Shown in pieces: positions 1 to 10,684 of a DNA stretch of 64,000 nucleotides. The DNA comes from Podarcis filfolensis (taxonomy: Eukaryota): the NCBI GenBank assembly GCA_964270895.1, contig OZ185444.1. One strand, written 5' to 3'. A program made the translations under genes and the position numbers. The notes below the pieces were generated by a model. That model had not been told where the DNA came from. It was given only the letters and a program-made list of their open reading frames with translations, and did not search any database. Each line of letters starts with the position of its first letter. Within the stretch, counting starts at the first letter, position 1.

Positions 1-560
1 CAAAGAAATAAACTGGCAGCAGCTAGCAGAATAAAGCAGCAGTAATCAATAATACAAGGGGGACTAGCCACTATTTCAATCAGCAGAAAACCAGGAAATA
101 TAAAAATTAGGTGAATCCAAAAGAGCCTTCTTAAAGACAGGTTGCTGCCTGACTCATGAAAACACCTGAAGTTGGGGCTAGTGGGCCTCCCTGTAAATGT
201 GAATCCTTAAGGCTGCTGCCACTGCAAGACAACATTGGCCACAGACTGTGGAAGCACATGGAGAAGGATCTCAGATTTTGTACCTAGAGAGCACAGAGGA
301 GGGCATCCTTAAGGTACCCAAGGCGATTAGATATTTAAAGGTAAGACCTAGCACCTTAAACTGAGCGGGGAACCACTGCAGATTGACTGAGGTGTTTTAG
401 TCTGGTATCGGTCAATCAATTCCTATCAGCAATCTGGTGGTGATATTTCTGCTTCAGTTAAAGCTTCCAAACACTTTAAATACAGCCCCATAGACACGGA
501 ATACATTGCAATAGTAGTTTCCCAGGCCCTGCTACCAAGTCTAGTCTATGTATACTTAAC
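1..560 (-). mobile_element. Degenerate LINE (L2-like) 3' fragment
   Basis: Decayed sequence resembling squamate L2 3' ends (aaagagccttcttaaa...aggtacccaaggc...atttaaaggtaagacctagcaccttaaactg). Family not verified. Confidence 0.4.
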
Positions 561-565
561 TTAAA

Positions 566-930
566 GCCAATATGGTGCAGTGCTAGAATATTGGACTAGG
601 AACTGGGACACCAGGGATCAAATACTCACTCAGCCATGAAGCTCACTGAGTAACTTTGAGCCAATCACCATCTCTCAGTCCAACCTGCCTTAAAAAGGTG
701 GTTGTAAGGATGAAATAGGGAGAGAAACATGAATGCCACCTTAAGCTTCTTGTAGAAAGGTGTGATACAACTATACCAGGCATCCCCAACCTTCGGCCCT
801 CCAGATGTTTTGGACTACAATTCCCATCATCCCTACCACTGGTCCTGTTAACTAGGGATCATGGGAGTTGTAGGCGAAAACATTTGGAGGGCTGCAGGTT
901 GGGGATGCCTGAACTATACTAATAAAATAA
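566..930 (+). mobile_element. Old tRNA-derived Squam3/MIR-like SINE, tail interrupted by a hAT MITE
   Basis: Head gccaatatggtgcagtgctagaatattggactagg with a B-box-like ggatcaaatact, core ctcagccatgaagctcactgag, A-rich tail resuming after 919. Confidence 0.55.
777..911. mobile_element. hAT-type MITE
   Basis: TIRs CAGGCATCCCCAACC / GGTTGGGGATGCCTG, palindromic interior, perfect 8-bp TSD AACTATAC (769-776 and 912-919). Confidence 0.9.
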
Positions 931-2801
931 ACTTTTTTTTCTCCTATTGATCCCCCTTCAGCTTCCATCCTGTGCCTCTGTGGTTTCCTATCTCAAATTA
1001 TAGACTGTAAGGTCCTCAGGGCAGGAACCTGGGATTTTATGCTCTTTAAAGTGCCATGCACAGTATCTTAAGAAGTGACTCCTTGCACAGGAACCTTCCA
1101 TTTCCCTTCAACTGAGTTCCTGCTCTGTATCCCCTTTTGTGAACTGAGGGGTGTTGAACTGGTATGTTTGGCAGGGCCTTCTTGGTGGTAGAGCCAAGCT
1201 GTGGAACTCCTTAACCCAGGAAGGTTTGTTACTTCTCCCCTGCCCATCTTCAGATGCCTGACTAAAACACTGCCATTGCAGCATGAATTCGAGTTACATG
1301 GCAACTGAATTGTCCTATGAGCTATCACTTTATGATTGTTTGTTTTTATTGCTTGGCACTGCTATTTTGTATTCTTATCTTGAAGTACTTTATTACTGAT
1401 TTGTTGTTAGCTACCTTAAACTTTCTGTTATGGGTGGGAAGACAGAATAAAAGCATTTTAACAAACATATTTAATTATCTGAGTTTGTGGTAAAACTATT
1501 TCCATGACCAGCCAGAAAGGCCAAATGCAAACCAAGTTAAAATACAATGTGGTACAAATGCCAATTTTATTACCAACTTGTCAAGAACCTGTGAAGGATT
1601 GTGATAGAAGTTGTAAATACATCAGAGTCCAAACCTCTGCTGAGCCACAAACTCACACCGAATCATATTCTGTTCTGTTGCCATTATGCAAACTGGGAAA
1701 TAACAGTTGCCTATTTCCCAGGATGAATTGGATGAACGTAAAGTATTATCTATAGTAAGTACAGTATAAATAATTGCTTTGATTCAATATTATAAGAATG
1801 AAAACAAAGCATCATAAGAATAAAACAATCCAGATTCTAGTTTACGTCAAACAAGCTGAGACGACAGGTCAAATGCTGACATTTGAGAGGAAAAAGTGTT
1901 AAGAAAGGCCATGCCCCAAACAGAAAGCCAAATACCTGTAAAAGGGTACACAAACAAGTTGAAGGATTAGAGGTCAAGTGGATGATTACTAGAAGACAGA
2001 AGTTTCTTTCACTGTGAACAAGCACACACAATGCCCCAATCTTATACTGCTGCTTAAGTTCACCTTTTATAAAATGCCCTGCTGTTCACTTGCTGAGGCC
2101 TAATTCAAACACTGGCAATGAATACCTAATGCATGTGTGATGGTTGTGCAGACACTGTACCTAAACTCATATGTCTTGCTGATTCTGCAAAGTCAAAAAT
2201 CTAATGCATGGGAAGTGGTATAATGTCACAGATGCACTATTCTTACTTGCATTCAGAGTTCCACAGGAAGAGAACAATTATATTTAAAGACATCCATGCA
2301 CCCAAAAGAGAGCCATGATTAACAAGAACCCAAGAAGCTACTGCATTGAAATAAGTTGCTTAAAACTTCAACATCTTCCTTGTCTAGATACTATATTTGA
2401 CCAATGATATGAGAAGCCAGATACGATATAGCTGATTTGCTTTACCAGCAATAGAGCATGCCTCAGACAGTTCTTGGGACTGTGCCCACTAGACATAAAC
2501 CATTTGAAACCATTCATAATAACACCCCCTCCCCACCAGGGAAGAGCTACATCAGGAACAAGGGGAGGGGGAAGAAAGATTGACATTGGGATCTGCTGTC
2601 CCGATGAATCCTGTCACGTGAGGCAGTCACCTCACCTTGCCTCATTGGGGGGCCGGCCTTCAATAAAGCTCTATATCAAGATCTGCTGCCCATGTGGATC
2701 CTGCCGCCTGAGGCCTTATGGGTGGGCTGGGCCTGAGGAAGATAGTAGCATTGGAACTAAAATCTGTTAAGGTACAACGGGCACAATCCAAAGGCAAATT
2801 A

Positions 2802-3151
2802 AAGGTAAAGGGACCCCTGACCATTAGGTCCAGTCGTGACTGACTCTGGGGTTGCGGCGCTCATCTCGCTTTATTGGCTGAAGGAGCCGGCGTATAGCTT
2901 CTGCGTCATGTGGCTAGGATAACTAAGCCGCTTCTGGTGAACCAGAGCAGCGCACGGAAACGCCGTTTACCTTCCCACCAGAGTGGTACCTGTTTATCTA
3001 CTTGCACTTTGACGTGCTTTTGAACTGCTAGGTTGGCAGGAGCAGGGACCGAGCAACAGGAGCTCACCCCGTCGTGGGGATTCGAACCGCCGACCTTCTG
3101 ATCGGCAAGTCCTAGGCTCTGTGGTTTAATCCACAGCGCCACCCGCGTCTC
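2802..3151 (-). mobile_element. Full-length Sauria SINE (lacertid POM-type)
   Basis: tRNA-like head with GGTTCGAATCC B box, (CCTTTA)n-type tail, 12-bp TSD AAAGGCAAATTA (2790-2801 and 3153-3164). Homologous to the copies at 39.0, 43.5 and 57.9 kb. Confidence 0.93.
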
Positions 3152-3737
3152 TAAAGGCAAATTAGCTTTGTCCTAAATTTAAGAGCATTCAATGCAGACA
3201 TTTTTCAACTATATGTTTTGAACAGATGGGTCTGCCTGAACAGAGGTCTAGCAATGGGTAACTGTTTATATGTGTGCAGCTGCAGCTTGCTCTCTGTTTC
3301 CGTAGTTAACAAAGCTAAATAGTATCTGACCTTATTGGCTGTGAAAGTCACCTTGCACCCAAGCACCCCCAGATCCAGTGTATACAGTGTGGTTGCTACA
3401 TTACTAATTAGGGTATAAATCCGATATTTGTATCTGTATTGGACTTTAAATTGTTTTTATGTGTGTTTTTATTGTTGACATTTCAATTGTCAAATCGCTT
3501 TGGGATCTTTTACAGGAATCGATTCATAAAATAAATAATATTTTAAAGCTGCTAGTTTAATATCCTGCTTCTCACACAACCTTGCTACCACCCTGGAATG
3601 TAGGTATAACAAACAAAAAACAAAAAAACCTTCTGTCACAAGTTTAAACATTAATAAATAGCAATTTCTTATTGCTTTTGGTCTGGCTATTTATCCCTAC
3701 AATCTATTTTTGTAAATCACAAACTCTTAACTGTGCA

Positions 3738-3838
3738 AAACAAAACAAAAAATTTTCTTTCCAGTAGCACCTTAAAGACCAACTAAGTTAGTTCTTGGTA
3801 TGAGCTTTCGTGTGCATGCACACTTCGTCAGATACACA
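3738..3838. mobile_element. Short retroelement-derived insertion (Penelope-like end)
   Basis: ttccagtagcaccttaaagaccaactaag...gagctttcgtgtgcatgcacacttc resembles a common reptile repeat end. Flanked by the 12-bp direct repeat CTTAACTGTGCA (3726-3737 and 3839-3850). Family assignment from memory. Confidence 0.6.
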
Positions 3839-6800
3839 CTTAACTGTGCACTTAACATGCTTTAAACTTTTCCCTAGCGTCCTATAAGAGTGACACAAAG
3901 TGGAAATTTGATTAGTTTCAAGAAACCATGGCAAAGAGAGAATTCACCTAGAACCCAGTTGTATGCTTGTCCATTTCATTGATTTTGCAAGTCTTGCCCT
4001 TCTGCCTTGATGTTTTTATGCAGCATCACATTTGTGGGAGTGGAAAAGTCACAATTAGCCGTCAGGAAACACTGTACTTTCTTCATAGAGTTCCTATTAA
4101 TTCCTCATTACCAGCTCTTATAGTCCTGGTAAGTTATTCATGCCACATCGATAACATTGCCAGTTCATTAGAGGCCAAGTTTTATACACCAAAGAACCTG
4201 CAACTACGAACTACAGCAATGAGGAGTGAACAAAAGTCCTACAAAGCAAACTGTGGACTGCAGACCTGGGGAAATGGTCAATGTACAGTTGTTCCTGCTT
4301 CGTCCAGAAAGGCCAACAACTATTTTTTGAAAAGAACTAGTCACTACATGGTGACTTCGTTCCTCAGGATTCACATTCACAATTGCATGAATATGTAGGA
4401 GCTAATCTCCCAGTGACTTCTGTATAAAATACATAAAAAAGGAATAATAGTTCACACATCACAGATTTGAGAGGTATTATTAAGATAAAATATTATTTTG
4501 TGTGCTGTCTAGAGGGCATTTATAAAAGCTCTAAATGCTTATTATTCAGGATTAATTCAGCCCGGATAAAGAGTAACTGCTGGATCAGTTTCCAGAGATT
4601 ACAAATCAAGATACATATTCCATGCTATCAAATGAATTCTCAATCACTTACAGTGACTACTTGCCCTTCAGCATGCGTTGAGCCTCATTTTCTGCCTGGA
4701 AATGTGTGGCAAGCTGTTTGGCCATAAAGTGGAGGGGAAAGGAAGAAAAACTCCCTCAAGACCAAAATCAGTGTAGGCTGAGGTGAACAGAGAAAGAGAC
4801 TTTCACTAGAACCCTAAAATTTAGGGCTTGGGTCAAAAGAAAACATAAAAGTGGGCCAGGTATTTCAAAGGCTGATAAACTAAAGCGAGTGTTTTGTAAA
4901 CGAAACTCAAAAAAATGCCTTTTGCTTTCAAACCATTTCTAAGCCCAACTCTCGTTTGAAGAGGTGAGTCACCATTTTGAGCACTGGCATCAGAAACAGC
5001 AGGCCTCTTAGTTACCTCAACTGCCTGGAAGTCTCAGTTGGCAGGAGATGTATTACACATCCAAACAGATGCTAAAACTGACTTGTTTCTGGCAGTTACC
5101 TGTGTTGATGAGAAAGGATAGGCTATTACTGAAGTTTTAGCAGTGGAAAAAAACCTAACCACAGCTTTTAGCTGAGAGTGGCTAAGGAAGGTCACCTCCC
5201 TTCATAATGGACATTTCAGAAGTGTCATAATTTGTCCTCTAGCCATGCACAAAGCCTGGTAAGACTGTGTCATCTAACATTCTGTGGTCTTAATATCCAC
5301 TGCTACCTCACAAAGACATATTTAATATCATTTTCCAAACAGATGTTAGGTAGGATAAGCGTTCTAATGCTTTAAGGCAAGTGGAGAACTTGTAGCTCTA
5401 CAAAACCTATCTTTTCTGAACATTGCACATGCTGGATGAAGCAGATAGTTGGGTTTTATTCTTTTTCTTTACCTGTGGAATTTTTATTGATATTGAAAAA
5501 CAATAACATTTGATATCTCGCTATCTATATCGTTGGGTTCTAACAACATATGGAAGACGCCCAATTCTGCTTTAAAGGCTACCATTTAGAAACTAAATAC
5601 TGATCCATTGACTGAATAAATCTTTAAAAAAACAAATATTGTCTCTTATGTTTATGAGGCAGCAAAACTGTCTCACCTAGAATGAGCTCGAGCAGCAATG
5701 GCCTCAAAAGCATAACAGGATGCTTTATTTATTCTGCCAAAAACATGTGCAGTTCAATCCTGTACACGTCTGTTCAGAATATGATGAAACTCACTCCCAG
5801 CTTAAGTGTGTATAGGATTGCACCCTTAAACTGACGTCAAACAAGAAGTAGGGGGTAGATCGTCACTGAATTGTGAACACTGTTATTAGGACTGCCATGT
5901 TTGATTAGCCAATTGATCAAAGGGTTTTTATTTGATTTGAAAACAAGGTCCAATTTATCAGCCACATATTTATTTTTTACTATAAGCAGATATATAAAAA
6001 CTACAGTTGGTGTCACCTTAGAACACTCTCCTATGTGAGAAAATCGGTACCTCTAAGGCTAGGCCTGCTCCCATCACCTAGAAATAAAGTATGACTTTTC
6101 CTTTAGAACTATTGTACTCATATAAAGATTTATACATATATAGTCATCTGGCTAAGTAAAACTTATGCCAGCTGTGGCTTATGGGAGTTGTAGCCTAACA
6201 ACACCTGGAGGGCTCCATGCTACCTATCCCTGCACAACTTCATTTCACGCTTTTCCTCATCTCTGAAGTGGCTGGGTCACCTTGTGTTAATAAGCTTCCT
6301 CTCAGAATGAATTTCTGCATCTGAGAGAAATTAACAGCAGTCTACCTCTCAGTGTTCCTGAGAGAATGATCAATTTAAGACTGCACTGCAACAAACTTTG
6401 CAGGTTAGAATTATACTATTCTGCTAATGTTTGGTCCAAAAGTCAATTTTATAGTGACGGCACTACTCTTCAGCATAACAGATGAGCTTTTCCTGTGGTT
6501 GACTAGGTTCTGTGCAACTATACACCACATAGTTTGACAATCTCAAAAGCTGTTTGTTTTAAACGCAAATGCCTTGTTACTGGTTTTATAAAATGCTGCT
6601 AGTAAGATCTGTAGTCAAGAGGAATATTTACTCAAGTTGTGAGAGACAAAGTGAGGGTCAGCTCTACAAGTTATACAAAAGCTCTTAACAAGGGTCATGA
6701 ACAAAGTCACCCAAGCCTTAAAAGGATTCAAAATGTTAGCCATCACACAGGGCCTGCTCCAAATTCAGTATCACAAATAAGCCTCCTGCAGCAGGTGTAG

Positions 6801-7803
6801 CAGCCACTGTGTACAAGCAGCCAACCTGACAAAAGACGAGACTTATATTGCTTCCATGACTTCCAGAACTGACATCATGAAGGCAACCAAATGCTTCAGG
6901 TTCCAAAGCTTGGTTAAAAAGCAAAGAGAAAAGCATAAGCATGCTAGAACAAGCAGAGCTGCATCTGCAAGTCTTTCATGCGCAAAAAAAGGAAGCTGCA
7001 AAACAAAATAGTATTTCAGTCACAGGAAACCACTGTCAATGTACTTTCAATTACTTTTTTCCAAAAGGGGTTATGTGTTCTGCTTAAGTGCAACCACATA
7101 TTTGCAATCTTTCAAGCTGTTTCGAATAAGTAAGGTTTCAGAGCAAGCATTGGCTCACCGAAGATGCAAACTGTTTACATTAAGCAGCTGTCTTCAGTGT
7201 TATCAGAAAGGCACCTTTTCCCCCTAGCAGCTGACCTACTTAGCAACTAAAACCCATGCACAAATTAAAAAAGGGTTGCCAAGACAAATGCCAACGTATT
7301 TTTAAAAAAAAATTAAAATATTGATAATAACTACACTCAAAGACAAGAAGCACATAGGAAGCTGGACCTATGAAGGCCAAAAGGCTCAAGTATGTGACAG
7401 TGTTCATTCCCTATATGAAAAGTTCGTAACGCTCTAGCCCAATTTTACTATGACCTTCAGGTAAAGTGAAAATTTATTAATTGCTTAGGAAAGAGTGGCA
7501 CTCACTGTTGCCTACAATTAAAATCAGTAGAGCTTTATAGAAATAATACACTACTGGAAAGGACCAGGCTGTGTAGGCATTTTAAAGCTAATGAAAAGTT
7601 GTGTGCGAGATCATGAAAATGTAGCTCTTTCAAGCTCATGTCATAATTCAGCTTCTACAGGTGCTTAGGAACTTGCTTTCCAGCGTAGCTTGGCCGTGGA
7701 TAATTGGCATTCATGTAGTGCTTAAGTGAACAATAACCCTCAGCCAAGAAGCTGAAGTGCATCATCTCTACAGATGGCTATGGCATTTCCTCAAAACTTA
7801 GAA

Positions 7804-7937
7804 TAGGTTCAGGAACATGTGGCCCATCAGATGTTGCTAGACTGCACTTCCTCCTTCAGCCACAGCCAGCATGACCAATAATCAGGACGATGGGAACTTT
7901 AGTCCAGCGACGTATGGAGGGCGACACATTCTCCACC
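7804..7937. mobile_element. Older hAT-type MITE, same group as 777-911
   Basis: Core cagatgttgctagactgcacttcc...gatgggaactttagtcca, flanked by the 8-bp repeat ACTTAGAA (7796-7803 and 7938-7945). Confidence 0.6.
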
Positions 7938-9369
7938 ACTTAGAAACTGAAGTGTGGTATACACTGGGTCCAAGAAACCCAGATTACTAGAAATCTCACT
8001 TGAAGCAGGACATTTAGTTTACCTCAGAGGCAAGAACTCAAAAGTTGAGGAAAGCAAGTTACACATGATATCAAATGATGAGCTGTGGGAGATCTGACCA
8101 CCCTTCAGTGTTTGATTTTTTAAAAAATTTTTTTGAGAGGGTGGATAATTTCATAAACTGGGACTATGCCTATTGCTTACAGAATCCAAGCTAATAGATT
8201 TCCTAATGTAAACAACCTTGGACTTCCCACAGTGTTATGATCAATATTGTTAGGGCACGTCTGAAACAGGAACAGAACCTCTGGTCCTCCAGATGATGTA
8301 ACTCCTATCATCATCTATAAGCATTATCAGTGGTAGTACAACATCTGGAGAGACAGATTCGCCCCCGTCCCTCATCTAAAAGTCATAAAGTAACAATTTG
8401 GTATGGAGGTAATCCACTATTACTAGCCCTAAAATGGGATATTTTTTAGATTTAGCAGGCACACCATACATGAACCTCCCACAATAGGAAATACTTTAGC
8501 AGTGTGCCAAGCCATATAGGATGGACGCAGATGGATGAGACAGGTACTGAAACCAGCCTTGGATTAGGGGAAGGGCCATTTGCATCAGCAGCCAGGAAAA
8601 GGATATAAACTTGCAGAATACAAGCTCTATTTACAAGTTTATAAATTCAGACTTTCGGCCCAAGTCTACACACATTTACTTGGAAGTCCTGCTCACCTCC
8701 AAGCAAAGTGGCTAAGATGTCTGCCTTAGTGTCATCAGGCCAGCACCAGAACACCTGCTATCGTTGGGAAAGAAAAACATACACATACATACCTTTTGCT
8801 GGATCCCATCTCACTGAACTCTAAGAGAATCTTGTGTTTGAAGAAAAGCAAAAGGCAATCAACCTTTCTGTTGAGTGGTTAACCTGCTCCTAAGGGCTGT
8901 GTGACATTGATCCTAGTAAATACCAATTGAGCTGGGCATCCGTCAAGTTGGAAATGAGGTGTATTTTTATTTTTTCTTGTTTTAATGGTTTGCTAGCTCC
9001 TCGTTCATCAGGAAACCATGTAAACATTGATCCGCTGGATTTATTCACTGCTCGTTTGTTGATTGTTCTGCATGTCTGTTGGTCGTTCTGCATGTTTTCC
9101 TCATATTTAGGAATAATTGGACCCTTGCATTATTTCCACGTTATGGCCCATTTTTAAAGGTGTTAAAAGTGATACATTAATGTATGGTCTGGGCTCCTCA
9201 AACATTTATACCCAATGATCCTCTTCTTCCATCCAAAACTTTTATCAAGCTCTCCCCTACCTCAAGTGCTTCCATCCTTTACAAAAGTCCACTAGGACTA
9301 AAAATAATTTAAACTGATCCTATGCAAGCACGACAAGAGATTAAATTAAAATGCCAAGATAGGAAACAA

Positions 9370-9375
9370 TTTATT
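9370..9375 (-). terminator. Polyadenylation signal AATAAA of BTG1
   Basis: TTTATT on the + strand, followed in the transcript direction by U-rich sequence (GGCATTTTAATTTAAT). Confidence 0.75.
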
Positions 9376-9377
9376 AT

Positions 9378-9650
9378 NNNNNNNNNNNNNNNNNNNNNNN
9401 NNNNNNNNNNNNNNNNNNNNNNNNNNNNNNNNNNNNNNNNNNNNNNNNNNNNNNNNNNNNNNNNNNNNNNNNNNNNNNNNNNNNNNNNNNNNNNNNNNNN
9501 NNNNNNNNNNNNNNNNNNNNNNNNNNNNNNNNNNNNNNNNNNNNNNNNNNNNNNNNNNNNNNNNNNNNNNNNNNNNNNNNNNNNNNNNNNNNNNNNNNNN
9601 NNNNNNNNNNNNNNNNNNNNNNNNNNNNNNNNNNNNNNNNNNNNNNNNNN
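9378..9650. other. 273-nt run of N (assembly gap or masked block) in the BTG1 3'UTR
   Basis: Directly visible. Confidence 1.
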
Positions 9651-10319
9651 CTGGTAAAACACACCACAGTTCAGACAGTGTCTTTATATGGTCTCTCTCA
9701 AGCCTGTTGGCATAGCAGATCCTGCTCACTTGCTACTTTGAAGGCCAATATACAGAGATCTGACCATTTTCCCCAGTTCATGCTCACCAAGTGTGACTTA
9801 TGTACAGTTTATACAGATTGTTAAGTGCTAGGTAAAAGTCTTGTCAGATAAAATTTCCAGTACTACCATGTTCATAACAAGTCTTGTTACTGAGCTGCCA
9901 AAAATGTTAACAATTTTTTTTTCTAAAAATGTCAATAGTGCAAATTTACTCTGCAACATTTACTGCAGAGAATAAATTTTATAGCTATAGCTTTAGGCTG
10001 AAAACTGATGTTTTTTCAAAAAAATGGAAAAAAATTAAGCAAGACATCTGGGAGAAAACTGCAGCCTTCCTTGGACAACTTCACACCTTAGGAAATAAAG
10101 CAATCATCTTTACTCACAGGCTATTTAAATCACTGAAAGGTACTGTCGAAACTATGGCACTGCCACTATAAAATAAAAGTTTACCATTCTATCTTGTGCC
10201 AGGTCTTCACAGGTGTGACATGGTTTAAATTCCATAATCCATCCCCAGAGGAGCCCACCCAAAGTAAAAACCAAATTTTATCCATCCATTATAAGATGAT
10301 CCATCCATAGGCTATTATC

Positions 10320-10684
10320 TTAACCTGATACAGTCATCATATTGTAGCTCTTGGAGGGACTGGTTCTGCCCAAGAGAAGTTCTTCCTTACAGCTTATTCT
10401 GCTGTCTACCATTTGCATGCTGGTGCTGTTTTGGCTAGCTCCTGCTGGTGTGGCTTCATACAGCACACAGATTGAGCCATCCTCTCCGATGCGATAGGAT
10501 ACCTCGTAAGGGTCGACCCAGAGAGTGAGTTCACTTGGAAGAAGCCGGAACAGTTCTTGACCGCTGAGTCCAATTCGTTGTGCTGCCTGCCCAATCAAGG
10601 GATCCATTTTATGGTTGATCCGGATGCAGCGATAGCCCGATCCTTTGCATGGCTTTTCAGGGAACCAGTGGTGTTTATAGTGTT
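10320..10684 (-). CDS. BTG1: BTG1 coding exon 2 (365 nt including TAA); BTG/Tob anti-proliferative protein, 170 aa in total
   Basis: Acceptor is TTTTGTTCTGTAG|AA and its phase matches exon 1 (G+AA=Glu). Encodes box A ([23 protein letters not shown]), box B ([20 protein letters not shown]), box C ([10 protein letters not shown]) and the BTG1-type C-terminus [15 protein letters not shown]. 148+365=513 nt, i.e. 170 codons plus stop. Confidence 0.98.

Larger units (their letters stand above)
9350..10319 (-). other. BTG1: BTG1 3'UTR up to the proximal poly(A) site
   Basis: Runs from the stop codon to AATAAA. Segments such as GGGTGGGCTCCTCTGGGGATGGATTATGGAATTTAAACCATGTCAC and ATAATAAATTGTTTCCTATCTTGGCATTTT resemble the mammalian BTG1 3'UTR as I recall it. 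Cleavage site is approximate. Confidence 0.8.

Noticed and set aside
2906-3160. Recurrent peptide VALWxKPQSLGLADQKVGGSNP (also at 38969, 43720 and 57.9 kb)
   Set aside because: It is a translation of the Sauria SINE head, not a gene family.
3967-4398. 143-aa ORF downstream of BTG1
   Set aside because: No homology that I recognise and no splice or codon evidence.
9309-9729. ORFs made mostly of X
   Set aside because: Artefacts of the N run.
10440-10500. Possible cryptic RAG signal (CACAG) in exon 2, by analogy with human leukaemia deletions
   Set aside because: There is only a partial heptamer and no convincing nonamer, and I cannot place the human breakpoint from memory.
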